Shown: positions 1 to 13,700, counted from the stretch's first letter. The stretch is 64,000 bases of DNA from Lama glama (GCA_028534125.1 CM052818.1:16556001-16620000), one strand, 5' to 3'. A program made the numbers and translations. The notes: generated from the sequence alone by a model not told the origin.

Positions 1-63
1 TTATGAAAGCAGACAGATTTAATAATTAATTTTTTCATTTTTTCCATGTGACTTTGTTTTCAG

Positions 64-650
64 GACATTAAGATGAATACTTTTATATACTAAACTGCAT
101 AATTCATATTTGGACATTAAGCAGTGTCCTTCCATTGATGTTACCCAGTAACCTTTCAGCTGTTCTCACTGTGATGCCAACCTGGAAGGAGTGATGGCTT
201 TATTTTGTGTTGTTTCTGTTATTAATATGCTTCCTTATCCTAGTTGTTAATAATGCAGAAGAAAATGCTAGCTTGTGGACAAAGCATTGACTAAATTAGT
301 TACATCTCCATACTTAGCAAAGGATACAATTTAATCTTTGTGGCTGTGAAAAAATAAATCCTACTTTTAGAGGCGTCTACTAAAAAAGAATTTAATACTG
401 TATTTCCCATTGATGATATGTGACTATTGTTAAGCAAATAGTTGTTAAGTTCAAGCTTGGTCTCTGTAGCACTAGTTTCTAAGGCAATTTTTAAATTTCA
501 ATGGGGCATTTTTAAAAATCTAGCTCATATAGATTTTGTTGGCAACATATTGCAAGGACACATTTATATTCTAAAAATGCACTTCTGTATTTTTGTTCGA
601 ATGTCAGAAGATAAACCATGATACTGAGTTCCCTTTTAGATGTGCTAAAA
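64..650 (+). other. Possible terminal exon / 3'UTR of an unidentified upstream gene
   Basis: Pyrimidine-rich acceptor-like tract (ttttttccatgtgactttgttttcag, AG at 62-63); all three frames stop within ~30 nt; then repeat-free AU-rich sequence with AATAAA at 353-358. Gene identity not recognised. Confidence 0.3.
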
Positions 651-859
651 AGCTAAATTTTGCCATTTACCAAATCTACAAATAACCTGTGAAATAGTGG
701 TTGGCATTTGTAATAGCAGTTCTCTGCTTGCCAAATTCATGCACACATAAGACATTTTATACCATATAAGAATGCATGGATAGAATAAGAGATTTCTCCA
801 AAGTCTATGATATTTTCTGGGAGTAGGGAAGACTGGAAATGGAAAATGGAAAAAAATCA

Positions 860-1090
860 TGGGCTTTGCAATCAGGCAGTTCTGGTTTCAGAACCTAGTT
901 CTACCGTTTTCTATTTTTGCAAACCTCACCAAGTTACCTAGTCTCTCTGTACTTTCATTTTCTCACCTGTTAAAGAGTATATATGTCTCCCTCAGAGATA
1001 GTGAGGATTAAAGGAGATGACTTTGCAAATTATACACAATGTAATATACACAACAAAACCTTATCTGGTAAATAGATGTTCAATAAGTGG
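860..1090 (+). mobile_element. MIR SINE
   Basis: MIR core-like sequence: gggctttgcaatcaggcag...caagttacctagtctctctg...ttttctcacctgttaaa...gtgaggattaaaggagat...tcaataagtg. Confidence 0.75.
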
Positions 1091-1149
1091 TGGATTTTTA
1101 TATATTCACTAATCATCACATTAATATGGAAATTTATTACATTAAAAAA

Positions 1150-1317
1150 GATATAAAGTTAAAAAAAAACTTCTTCTGTATAGCACAGGGAAGTATATTC
1201 AATATCTTGTAATAACTTTAATGAAAAAGAATATATATATGTATATACATGACAGGGACTTTGTGCTATACACCAGAAATTGACACATTATAACTGACTA
1301 TACTTCAATTTTAAAAA
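1150..1317 (+). mobile_element. L1 3' end, lineage-specific (camelid-like)
   Basis: ctgtatagcacagggaagtatattcaatatcttgtaataac...gctatacaccagaaattgacacattataactgactatacttcaa followed by an A-rich end; matches recalled cetartiodactyl/camelid L1 3'UTR. Confidence 0.8.
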
Positions 1318-1374
1318 GATACTGTTAAACATATGGCTATAGAATGGAAATGTTTTCAGTTTCAGTAACATATA

Positions 1375-1663
1375 TTTTTTTTTCCTGAGGTATAACAGAC
1401 ATGTAACATTATATTATTTTCAGGTATACAGCACAATGATTCCATATTTGTATATATTGAAAATGATTACCAAGTAAGTCTAGTTAACATCATTCACCAC
1501 ATGTAGTTACAACATATTTTTTCTTGTGATGAGAATTTTTAAGATTTATTCTCTTACCAACTTTCAAATATGCAATACAGTATTATTAACTGTAGTCACT
1601 ATGATGTACATTACATCCTCGTGACTTATTTATTTTATGACTCAGAAGTTTGCACCTTTTGAC
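1375..1663 (-). mobile_element. L1 3'UTR fragment (L1MA9-like)
   Basis: Begins with a poly-T run; gtgatgagaatttttaagatttattctctta...caactttcaaatatgcaatacagtattattaactgtagtcac is the reverse complement of an older L1 3'UTR. Confidence 0.8.
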
Positions 1664-2794
1664 AGGACAGAAAGATGTTTGATGGCAGGAGAGAAAGATT
1701 ACCAGGACCCTTGATAGTTCTGGGCTGATGACACTGAATATATATAGAATCTCTGAGAAAAATGAGTCACTGAAAGAAAGGTACAAAGGGGAGGCTCTGA
1801 CCATGTTTACTTTTACTTATTGTAAAAACAACAGCATCTATAAGCAAAAAGTGTAAAACAAGAATTTATTTATTTTATTTTTATTAGTTCATCGTGAAAG
1901 AATCTCTCTGTGGAGTGTTTTCATGGAAAAATGAGTTACAGAGGCGTGTTATATTACAGAAGATTGTAAAGAAAGATAACTGTGGTATCTAGAACAGAGA
2001 ATTTGCTCGGGCTCAAAATCTAGCCGCTCACCACAGGTAGGGAATAATAACATGAAAGCTCTACAGCAGTGGAAAACTACTAGCCGAGATTGAGTGTTTC
2101 CTTGTTTTTTTGTTTGTTTGTTTTTAATATGCTGCTGGATGGGATGTGCAAGGGTGCATTCACCTCATAAACTAATCTAAACCTCTCTTTTCCTCTGACA
2201 ATACACACTGGGAAAATACAATGGAAATGGGTTATTAATCAGTATATTGCACTCTTTCAGGTCCTTCTCTACTTATTAGAAAATGGAATTATTATGGGCA
2301 ACTCAGTATCTGGCTATGTCAGAGAAGTGTGCAACATCACCCCTTGACCCAGGTTAATTAGAGTAAATTTCTTAAACACATTAGAGACTTAGAAAACTAA
2401 TTGTGGTAGGAAAACAGAAAAAGAGAGGGGAAAAAAACCTTACTGGAAGTTGGGGGTGGCCTATACATACCATGGAAGATGAGCAACAGTAACCTACTAC
2501 ACATTATATTACATAGAACAAAAATAAATTAAACATTAAAAATCAGTAAACACCATGTTTCATTCTACAGTGCAAAATATTATGCTTTATTATACTTTTC
2601 TACCTTGATTTTTTTCCATTTTTAATTAAACTGGAACCTTTAGTGAAATTGGAATTTGTTTTTATTTAGTATATTGTGTTTATTATTTTAAAAGATAAAA
2701 TCAATTCATTTATTTTGTAGATTAGGTAAATGCAAGACCAAGCAAAAAAACACAGAAGCAGTTGTCCATAGTCCACTGTCAAGAGACTGATAAC

Positions 2795-3165
2795 AAATAT
2801 TAATATAGATCAAAAGATATTTAACAGACAACATCAACCAATTCCAATGAATTTAAAAAAAAAAAAGAGAGAAAAAGGAGGAGGAGGTAGAGGAGATTTC
2901 TAAGCCAATCAGAAAAATTTGGACACTTCCTGTTTGTATGAGGCTATTAAAGATTTATTTTGACTTCTGAGTTGGATGAGGATGCTGTTATATTTTAAAA
3001 GTAGAATCCATGTCTTAGAAAGAATGTATTGAATTTTACAGATGAACCGATAACATGTTTGAAATTTGCTTAAAAATAACCAAGTGGCAGGAAAAAAAAA
3101 AAGGACAGATGTAGAAAAAACAAAATTAGTAATGAATGAGTAATTGTGAAATCTGAATAATATTC
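2795..3165 (+). mobile_element. Old L1 3'UTR (L1MC-like)
   Basis: gaattttacagatgaa...gtttgaaatttgcttaaaaataaccaag...gatgtagaaaaaacaaaattag...taattgtgaaatctg resembles L1MC4/5 3' ends. Confidence 0.6.
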
Positions 3166-4794
3166 CTGAATAACAGATTGCTTTTCCAATTCTAATTATT
3201 TATACCACTATCAGCTCCATTTATTTCAGAAAGCATACCTTTATGAGAAGAATTTTTATATATCTTCCTGAAATTTTGTTACATTTGATTTACTACTCCC
3301 CAGCTCATCCATTATAGTCACTAACCACAGCCAGATTTAAAATTTTAGACATGGGGTGGGGGAGGTAAGAAATGGATGATAAAACAAATAAATTCGCCAC
3401 ATTTGTATGGTTGTGAAAAAGACAGGCTGGGATGGGGTAGGGAGCTGCTACATCTGTACTAGCTTTGGTTCCAGGATTTAAAACTTACATGCAAGGCCTT
3501 CAACATATATTTATAAAAATTTGCAATTGCACGTTCCCATTATATTTCAGTCTTGTACTTTGCAATTAGTGATTTATGAGGGGAGAAAGGGCAAATTGGT
3601 AATTGCATCTTTTATTTTCCAGGACATTCTCATTCTACATTCAACAACTTATAATCAGATTCCTTAGCACTTCCATATACTATTTGGCCTTGTCTGTTGT
3701 TGGCAAGCTAGTAAATTGCATGATATGCTAAAAAAGTAATTAAATTTCTTTGACAGTAAGTGCTCCCATTTTATTAAATATCTTGTAAGAAAAAAGGTAT
3801 TGAGGAGAGACTTCTATTCATAGATATGAGGCATTTTATCAACATCTACATTATAAATCTGAAAAGTAATTTAGATTTTATTCTATGTTAGGGAATCTTT
3901 GTGTGAGAATGTGTGAAATCTCATGAATATTTCCTATATTTTGAAGAAACTAATTAACATATAGGTAAAGCAACTTGAAAAGTAAAATATTTTATCTTAT
4001 TGCAAGAAAATTATTTTTAAAGTGATGTTACCTCTTATTCTGTGGCACATACCACCCTGGTTTGTTACAAATTTACAAGTATTCTCTATTCAAAATCATG
4101 CTATCCATAATGCCAAAGTAACTATAATGCAAACATATTCAAAAATAATAAAGAGATTTAATTTTACAAGGCATATGATTGTTTTCATTAAAGGTAGAAT
4201 CCTAGGAAATAATTTTAAACATTAAACCCACTTAACATTAAAGGAAGAAACTTTTTACAAGTAAAGATTGCCATTTATTTTCTCTAGATAGTAAAGAGAC
4301 TGGGTAATACAGTCACCTATCTTTACTGATGTAGTTGAAATACCTGCAAAACGCAGAAAGTAGTTGCAACAAGAGAAGAAAGAAGGTGAATTCTGTAGAA
4401 TACTTCATCAAGATAGTGCTCCTTCACTAGCATCATCATATAGTATGTTACTTGCAGTGCATTGGATTATACCATTCTCAGAATTTTATACCCACCCCAT
4501 CATTTTACAGATCAGTAAAAAGATTTAGGAAGAGTAAGTTCTAATATGATATAGAGTTAGAGCAAAACCTAGGATTCAGATGTCAAGATATTCCATCTAA
4601 TATTTTTTCCAAAACATCTGGCTGAAGTAAATTGATACTCTTTTATGTTAGTGACAGTGATTTTGGTTCAGATTATGAATGCGTTTGTGTAAATTTTATC
4701 AAAATACTATGCATATTTGAGCAATCTTATAGTTTATAAGTCTTATCATGGACACAGAATTTTGAAATTGGAAAGAATCTTATTCCCTCATGCA

Positions 4795-6065
4795 CCCAAA
4801 ATTGAGAGTATAATATGTGAATAGCACTCTTCTAAGATCTGGGGATGTAGCAGTGCACAGATGAGATCTCTGCCATCATGGAGCTTACATTCTACTGGGG
4901 AGAAGACAACAAATCAGTGCTCCTGTAAAGAAGAAAAATGTTGATAAATGCTATGTAGAGAAGTAAAAGGACTATGATAATGACGAGATGATTTTTTCTT
5001 TGATGACCAGAGAAGCCCTCTCTGTAAGATCTTACCTTTAAACTGAAATTAGAGTGATAAAAAGATGCCAGCCAGGTGAAGATTCTGACAAAAGAGAATT
5101 ATAGGCAGAAGAAATGATAATTTCAAAGGCCACTAAGATTGAAGATTAGAGGATTAGGAGAGGCTTCTATAGCATGAAGTAGGAGAGGTAGTTGAGGCTC
5201 TATAATGTACAGTTGGCAAATCAGCCAGAGTTTGAATTTCATTGTAAATAAAATGTGATTCCATTTGAGTACTCTAAGTAGGAAAATGATGTTATGGGTT
5301 TACATTTTTTAAAAAATCACTTTGGCAACTATGTGATGAATGAAATTTTCATGTAGGGAAGGAAGTGAAAAGAGTAGAAGCAAGTAGACCTATCATGAGA
5401 ATTTGTGATGACCAGGCAAGAGATGGTAATGGTTTGAATTGGATAAGTGGTAAAGGTAACAAAGAAAAGTGGGAAGTTTGGAGGTAGGGTGGACAATATT
5501 TTCCAAAAGATTGAATGTGAGATTTTTATTATACAAAAATCTAGGATAACTTCTAGGAGTTGGTTTGAGCAACTGAATGGGTGAAAAGAGAAGGTTTGGC
5601 ATGAAAGTTAGGAATTTTGTTTTGTCCATATGTTTGAAATATGATTAGATATCCAAGTGAAAAGGATACATAGACAACTGGTTATTGAATTTTGATGAGA
5701 TAAATATTTTATAAATGTTATAAGTATGTTGTATTTATAGTCATGGAATTGGATTAGTAAAACCATGTAAGGAGAGTATGAAAGTAGGAAGAAAACCAGG
5801 TGGATGATTTTTCGGCTAAGTTCAAAATAATATGGTGTTTCAATAAGGGAAAAATGGATACAGTGAATCAAATAATTCTAAGGGGGCAGTTAAGATAATA
5901 ATATAGAAGTGATTTAGGAGGCAGAAGTTAAAGACGTTTTTGATAACAAATTAATGAAGTGAAGAGGATATAAGCCTAATAGAAGTAGGTTAAAGAGAAA
6001 ATTCAATGTGAGTTAATATTGACAGCAACAAAAGATACCTTTTTCAAGAAATTTAGTCATGAAGT
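4795..6065 (-). mobile_element. L2 LINE fragment (continues ~6599-6660 after the MLT1 insertion)
   Basis: ctggggatgtagcagtg...ctgccatcatggagcttacattcta and downstream purine-rich tracts typical of the L2 reverse complement. Confidence 0.8.
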
Positions 6066-6598
6066 TATAATAGTTATTTCTACTGCTATAACAAATAATG
6101 CAGCATAAATAACATAAATTTATTATTTCACAGTTATGTAGGTCAGAAAGCCAACATAGGTCTCACTGGGCTAAAATCAAGATGTAGGCAAGGTTAGGTT
6201 CCTTTCTGGAGGTTCTCAAGAATTGGCTTCCTTTTCTTTTCCAGTTGTGGGGGATATCACATTCTTTGATTCAGAGCCCCATGGCAAGCAACACTGAGTC
6301 TCTTCAAAACTAGCAGCACTGAATCTGTCTCTGAGCCTTTGTCATAACATCTCTCTTTCTCTCTCTCTCCCTCTCTCTGTTTCTCTCTCTAACTCAGCCA
6401 GAAAATGTTCTCCAATTTTAAGAGCTCATATAATTAGACTGGGCCCACCCAAGTAATCCAGGATAATCTCCCTATTTCAAAGTCCATACATCTACAAAAT
6501 CTTTGTTCCAAATGACTTTCCTTTGTAAAATAGCATATTTACAGGTTCCAGGGATTAGGAGGTGTACAGATTTGAAGGCCATTGTTCTCCTTATCACA
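6066..6598 (-). mobile_element. MaLR solo LTR (MLT1C/D-like) inserted in L2
   Basis: ggtctcactgggctaaaatcaag...gactgggcccacccaagtaatccaggataatctcc...acaggttccagggattagga...atcaca; flanked by near-TSD GAAGT (6061-6065) / GAAGG (6599-6603). Confidence 0.85.
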
Positions 6599-7119
6599 GA
6601 AGGGAAGCAAAGAGTGTGGGTAGGTAGTTATAGGAAGATGTAGGGCCAAGGAAGTTTATTTTATTTTATATTGGAAATATTAAAGTAGAGGGTATCTAAT
6701 ATTCAGTAGATAAAATGCAAATATATTAAATATGTTTGAATAAATAGTATATAGAATTCAAGCTATCATGTTACTCTCAGTGCTCATCTTTTTCTTTTCC
6801 TTCTCCTCTTTGATGTAGATTTTTTTATTAGTAAGTTAATTTTTCATCAGTGTGCTATTTATACTCTTCTAAAGCACACTCTTCTTTATTGTTTAATAAA
6901 ACAATTAAAAGACTGAAAAACAGACTTGTCCTGCCTCATACCTCCTCATCCCACAATAACGTGAGGGAAGAAAAGCAGTAAAGAAGAGAAAACTGATTAC
7001 AGAATCCTGTGGTTTATTAATAAGTAGTGTTTTATATTCATTATAATATATAGAGTAAATGTTGATTTAACAAAAAATTATAATTTCTATTTTGAGAAAA
7101 TAGCAGAAGCCAATAAATA

Positions 7120-7585
7120 ATGTCTAAAATACTCATTGCAACATGATTTGTACTGGTGAAAAAATTTAAATGTTGTAAATAGCTATCAAAAAAAAAAGAA
7201 TAGATCATATAGTGAATATTATATAGCAGTGAAATAAAAATGAATAAACCCCTCCTGCATCAATATGGATAAAAGTAAAATCATTATTTTAGGAAAAAAA
7301 AACTGCAGAAAGCATGATAACATCTTTTACATTTTAAAATATGCAAAAGCATACAATGTAATTTTATGTGTAGGAGTGACAAATTCATAGTAATTACTTT
7401 CTGGATGAGAATGTGAGAATGAGAATCTGGATGAGAATGGGATCATGAAAAGCTACACAGAGGATTTAAATATTTGAAATATTTCATTTAGGCTAAGTGA
7501 TAGGTACACAGGTGTTCATTATATGCTTTTCTCTGCCTTTACATGCCTGTAGTATTTTATGAAAGTAATTTTCAAATAAAATCAA
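7120..7585 (+). mobile_element. Old L1 3' end (L1ME-like)
   Basis: cattgcaacatgatttgta...gaatattatatagcagtgaaa...ggtacacaggtgttcattat. Confidence 0.6.
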
Positions 7586-8559
7586 GCAATAAACAAACAA
7601 GGAAACAAACTCTAAGACAAAATGGTGATTAGTATCCGAGAGGGCCACGAAAGAAAAAATAAGATACCATGTTAAAAAGACGTGCATGGTGCCTGGCGCA
7701 TGTTAGACATGCAATAAATATTTTTTATTTTATGGAATTCTTTAAAGGACTAAATGCAAGGGAACAGCAAGAGAGGGATATACAAGTAGAGCTACTATGA
7801 GAAGTAAGTGAAACTTCATAAAAGGAGGGAGCTAAGAAAAGGCATTCACTAAGATTGCCATCTATTCGAACCTCATATAATTATGACTTAAGTAATTCCT
7901 GATTTGTGATGCCGACAGTCTTAAAACTCTAATGGCTTGAAACCTATTAATCTAGCCCCATTTTCCTCTCCCATAAGAAAAGTGTAAGAGAATTTTCCAA
8001 TCAGATTTTGAAAGCATATTGAGTTGCTGCCCAAAAGCAGCTACAGCATTTAAAGTAATTAGGTTTTACTTTACTTCAGTATACTTTATCTGACTAAAAT
8101 ATCTGGAAGAAAAGAGGAAGACCTTTTCTAGGCAAATAGGGTTAAAAGTCAGAAAATTTAGTTTTTCAGAAATTAGGTTTTATCACATTACTATATCTTA
8201 GAATTTAGTACAGAAGTCATTCTTTTTATATTCAGATTGTTTTGTTTCTTCAAAACAGTCAAATATTTACTGTCCTACTGAATATGACTCGTCTCATTTA
8301 TTGTGAAATATTTACTTCCTCCCAACAGCAATTATCATACATTTTGTTACACCTATCTATTTTCAAAAACCAAAACACTGAGTCAATTTTTTTCAAATGT
8401 TCCTGTTATGACAAATATTTTATTTATTTTATTTTTAAATAATACATTAAGCTGTTTTATCCATCTAATATGAAATAAGGTAATATCATTATTCTAATGT
8501 TTCCTTTATGTTTTCTTATTGCTATGTGATACATTTCAGCTGACATTCTGTGGTAAATG

Positions 8560-11500
8560 GTTGCAGCAGATTGTATTTTTCCAAAGACATGTGTAACATT
8601 GTCTGTTGTTGTTCATGGACTTCTTATGTGTGACCCTACTACTTCTCCACCTAGAAAAGAAGCTGATACCCTTTTCCCTTGAATCTGGCTTGAATGTTGT
8701 TATAGCCTTGACATACAGAGTATAGTGGAAGCTATGCAGTGTGATTTCTGAGGCTAGGACATAAATGGCAATGAAACTTCTGCCTGTTTCTTTCCTGTGG
8801 AACTTGCTTTTGGAATCAAGTCATCATAATTCAAGAAAGCCTAGGCCAAATGGAAAGATGAAGATGAGATTCCACGCAACGGCCATCATCAACTGTCATC
8901 ATCATCAACCATCAGATATTTAGGAAAGCCTTAGAGATGACTCCAGATCCAGCTATTACCTGGTTGCAACCTCATGAGAAACCCCTAAGGAGAACTGCCT
9001 AGCCTAAGCAGAGCCAGTTCCCAAAGCCATGAGAAAAACAATAAATGATCATCGTTGTTATACTTCACTAACTTTGGGATAGTTTGTTATGCATCTGTTA
9101 TATCCAGAACAGGAGGATGCTGCTATAATAAAACCTAAAACTTGTGGCTTTGCCTTTAGGAAAAGATAGTGGGCAGACTGTGGAAGTCCTTGAGACTGTT
9201 AACACTAATCTAAAGGACCCTGAGAAGAATATCTGTGAAGACTTACGAGAAAGTGATGAAAATGCAGTTAAATGATGGAGGATGAAAGACTCTTGTATCA
9301 TGGCAGAAAGTTGAGCAACACTATTACCTGTGAAAAATAGGAAATAAACGTAATGAATTCTAGGACTTAGTTAAGAAGATTTCCAGGTAAAATGTTACAT
9401 AACATACTTAGCTTCTTCTAGCTGGCAATAATATAATGAGAGAAAAAAATAAGCTTAAGAGGAGTGATGTCACCAGGATGGAGACTTGGAAGCTCCTGGA
9501 TTTCCCTCCTCCCATGGATGCACGAAATGTATGGCTACACACAGATCAGTTCCCTCTGAGAGAAGTCCAGAAACTCGTTGAGTGACACATCAACTGAGAA
9601 AACACAGATTCAGTGCAATCCCTATCAAAATTGCAGTGATATTTTTCACAGAAATAGAAAAAAAAAAAACCTAAATTTCATAAAAAACCACTAAAGACCT
9701 GGACTAGCCAAAGCAATCTTGAGAAAGGAAAACAAAACTGAAGGCATCACATGTTCTGATTTCACAGTAGATTGCAAAGCTACAGTAATCTAATCAGTAA
9801 GGTATTGGCATAAAAACAAATAGATCTATGGAATAGAACTGAAGTCCCAGAAATAAATCTATGCATGTAGAGTCAATTAATTTTTGATAAAGTTGCCAAG
9901 AATATACAATGGAGAAAAGATAATCTCTTCAATAAATAATGTTGAGAAAAGTTGGTATCCATGTGTAAAAGAATGGGAATAGACCCCAGTATTATACATT
10001 AAAAAAAATTCAAAATGGATTAAAGACTTGAATGTAAAACCTGAAACTATAAAACTCCTAGAAAAAAAACAGAGGAAGTAATCTCCTTGATATCATCAGG
10101 GAATTGCAAATCAAAATCACAATGAGATGTTACTTCACACCAGTTAGGATGGCTATTATCAAAAAGATAAGAGATAACAAGCATTGGTGAAGATGTGGAG
10201 AAGTGTTGTACAGTGTTGGTAGGGATGTAAACTGGTACAGTCATTATTGAAAACAGTATAAAGATTCCTCATGAAGTTGAAAATAGAACTACCATATCAT
10301 CCATTTCTGGGTACACATCCAAATGAAACAAAATCATTATCTTGAAGGGATGTCTGCACTGCCATGATCATGGGAGCATACTTCACAATAACCAAGGTAA
10401 TAGATATTATCCAATGGGTAACTTTGTTTATCAACAGATGGACTGAGAAAGATGTGATATATACACACAATTGAATATTATTCAGCCTTAAAAATATCTT
10501 GCCATTTGCAACAACATGGATGGACCTTGAAGGTATTATGCTAAGTGAAATAAGCAAGACCAAGAAAGAAAAATACTAGATGGACTTAAAAAAAATTTTA
10601 AAAAGAAAGAAGCTCATAGAAACAGAGTAAAATGGTGGTTGCCCAGGGTTGGGGGTGGGGGAAATGAGAGAGGTTAGCAAAAGGGTACAAAATTTCAGTC
10701 TTAGGATGAATAAAGTCTAAGGATCTAATACATAACATAGCGATTGTAGTGGATAATACTATATTGTATAATTGAACTTTGCTGAGAGTAGAACTGTGTT
10801 TTCATACACACACACACAAAAGGTAAATATGTGTGGTGAAGGATGTGTTAATAGCTCAATTGTGGGAAGCCTTTAACAATTTTATGTATTCCAAATAATC
10901 ATGTTGCTCACTTTAAATATATTACAATTGTATTTGTCAATTATGCTGCAATAAAACTGAAAAAAATGAAAAACAGGCTAGAGAAAAAAGTTGTTATAGG
11001 TAAAGGAACAGGACTTGGTGAGTTTCAAAATAGAACTGTTACTCATTTTTAATCCCTTTAGATACAAAAAAGATGCTTATTTAATAAATAAATCTCTGAG
11101 TAGGTATTAAATTTAGGATGCTCTTAGGAAAAAAAACATTGTTCAAAAATGAAGTCAAGGTAAAACTGCAAAGAATCTCATTAAAACCTCAGAAAGATAT
11201 AATACAAGGTATTCTTTCAAATAGCAAAAATCTCTTTTAGAACCTCAAAGACATGCATCTCAAATTCATCTTCAAAGACTCCTGGGTATTACCCCACAGC
11301 AGTTTCACAAGATGCCTCAAGTAGAGAGCTGCCTATATCAAGGAAAGAGGGGTGTGGCTTTTATAAAATGGATCAAACTCCAATAAAACTCAAATGGATC
11401 CAAAAATTTTTGAAGAGAATGAGAAAACAGTGTCACCATGAACTAAAAATATAGATATGAACTGACAATACAGGCAGTACAAAAATTTTAAAAAGCTCTT

Positions 11501-12105
11501 TAGACCCTTGAACTACTTTCTACAAGAAAGAAGCCATCTGAGAAAACTACACGGCTGCAAACATCAGCCATTTCTTATGGAAAAGAAATGATGGCTCAGA
11601 GGGCAGACACAAAGGCAGAAATGAAACCAGGGGCTATGTAGAATCATTCTGAAGAAGTGGGACTGAGCTCTAATCAAGGAACTAGCAGCATGTCACCTCA
11701 GTGTATTTCTGAATTCTTATGGATCTATGATTGCTTTGTGCCTCCCACTTCCCACCTTTCATGACCATAAGTGTCTATAGCAGTTATCCTATAGTATCCG
11801 ACTATTGTTTGTTGGGTGCAATGTTTAGGTAATTCACCTATTTGATTCATTAGTGTTCAGACCAAGAGGAACAGTACCCAAAAAGCTGTATCTAAGGAGC
11901 CTCTTACGCACTTGATCCTGGTTTTGATGAGATCGTGGGCTTTAAACTGATGCAGTAATGGGATGAAAGTTGGATGTGCATGGGAGGGGATAAGTGTGTT
12001 TATCTTGTGGTCAGAGGAAGGATTGGGACAGACTTTATTTTCCAAAGAGGTTGTAACAATATCTCCCAGCCCACGTGCACTACTTAAAATGTGACCTTGC
12101 CATTG
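8560..12105 (+). mobile_element. MaLR provirus remnant (MLT1G/H-like): LTR ~8560-9100, internal ~9100-9460 and ~10970-12020, truncated second LTR ~12020-12105
   Basis: Both LTR starts share cagattgtatttttccaaagacatgtgtaaca (8567) / cagactttattttccaaagaggttgtaaca (12029); MLT-int-type start aaacctaaaacttgtggctttgcctttagg; purine-rich tract before the second LTR. Confidence 0.75.
9461..10968 (+). mobile_element. L1 inserted into the MaLR internal region: ~140 bp 5'UTR start joined to ORF2 3' portion plus 3'UTR
   Basis: 5'UTR-like start ggagtgatgtcaccaggatgg; ORF2 motifs acagattcagtgcaatccctatcaaaatt, agccaaagcaatcttgagaaag, gcaaatcaaaatcacaatgaga, gccatttgcaacaacatggatggacct; ends caataaaactgaaaaaaa. 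ORFs 10047-10244 and 10297-10563 are antisense L1. Confidence 0.9.
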
Positions 12106-13364
12106 TGACAGTAGCACATTACCTGATTTAACCTTCAATTAAACTACAATGCAAAATACTATTTCCTAATACAAAGAAAAGAAAATGAAAAGCCATGTGC
12201 AGACTGGTTCTACTCTTGGCACTGTTTGTACTTGCCCTCTGGCCTTAAACAAATATATTTTCCTCTTTAGACCAAAATTTCTTTAAATGTGAAATGCAGG
12301 ACTTGAATTTGGTCAGAGAAGTTTAAACCTGGATTTGTTGACTTCGAGTAAATTCCATTGCCATCACCATAGGAGTTGAACTCCAGACCTTGCACCTCAT
12401 TTCAATTGGAGTGCCTCTCTTTTTATCTGTTTTACACTTTGGACTTCTGTATAGTTTTTTATTTAAATAAAAAATTATACAACTTAAAAAATAAAGGTCG
12501 AAGGCTGCTGTTTTTGATGATCCATATTGTCCTTTTCAACTGTAAAATTCTATAATTATTCTGTTTTTACAAGTAAGTCATCTAATTCAATGACTTTTTA
12601 AAATTATGCTTTCTCCTGCTAACCTACTAAGGAAGGTTAAAGAAACCAATCAATCTGTTGCCTGAAGAAAAGTAGTTGAAAGAGTAGGTAGGTTATCCAA
12701 AGTTTTTCTCTGATTCTACTGAAGACAGATGTGGAAAAAGGCCTGGGAAGAAAAATGAAGTAATTTCCAAGCAATGAGGAGTATATTGTAATATTTTAAA
12801 AGATGTTATTCCTTTATATAAAATATTAGTAAAATTTTACTGGACTTATTTAATCTTAATTGTTCTTTTGATTGTATAATTACCAAAGACCTCTTCCTAT
12901 TTCAGTAGCATGGAAAAACTCCCATTAGACTGACTACTGAAAACAGTGCCAAATGATGATATGTGTTGTGTTAGAAGATTTAAGGAAATTTGTTATCATG
13001 ATGGAAAAGTAAAGTATCTCTATGACTCAATGGGAACTACTGACAAATGATCTGAAAAGCAATAAGCAACAATGTACACATTTTTTAAAACCCATTCTAT
13101 GGCAAACTCTCATTCTTAACTATTTTAGCTATTTTCTCTTAGCTACTGGTCACACATGTATTAAAATGAATAAAATACATCCTCCAAAGCATAATGCAGT
13201 TTTATGGCCTTCTCTACCATTTGGATTCTTTAGCCAGTTTGACAAGGTGGAGAGGCCTTCTTTCTTTGCTTTAAGGAATAATGGGCAATGATAATAGCTA
13301 AGTCATATAATTCAAGGTGTAAGTTTTATATAGATATAATCTTTGTTTTGTTTTGTTTTGTTTT

Positions 13365-13700
13365 GCTGTTGTACCATTGGTGCTAAGGACACTACATGAT
13401 ATGTAATAGGTGCTTAATGAATATTTGTTGAGTAAATAGTAATAAATAATAACAATACTTATTTGGTCCTAACTGTACCAGGTGATAACCTAATACACAT
13501 ACACACACACACACACAAAATCTAATCTTACTAACAACCATTTAGGTCAGTAGCATTATCATCCTCACTTCATTTCATTTCATTTCATTTTTGAATAAAG
13601 GGAGAAATTAACTTATTAAGGGCACACAGTTAGAAAACAAAAGAGCCCCCCCTTTTTTTTAACCAAACAGTCTGTTCTGGAGTGCTGTAACATTGTACTA
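13365..13700. mobile_element. L2 3' end followed by an antisense MIR containing (CA)n at ~13495-13517
   Basis: taggtgcttaatgaatatttgttgagtaaat (L2 tail); aataataacaatacttatttg...attatcatcctcactt...aagggcacacagttag (MIR reverse complement). Confidence 0.6.

Noticed and set aside
12954..13054. ATGATGA...CTGA spacing resembling a C/D-box snoRNA
   Set aside because: No terminal stem and no recognisable rRNA-complementary guide; both motifs are frequent by chance.
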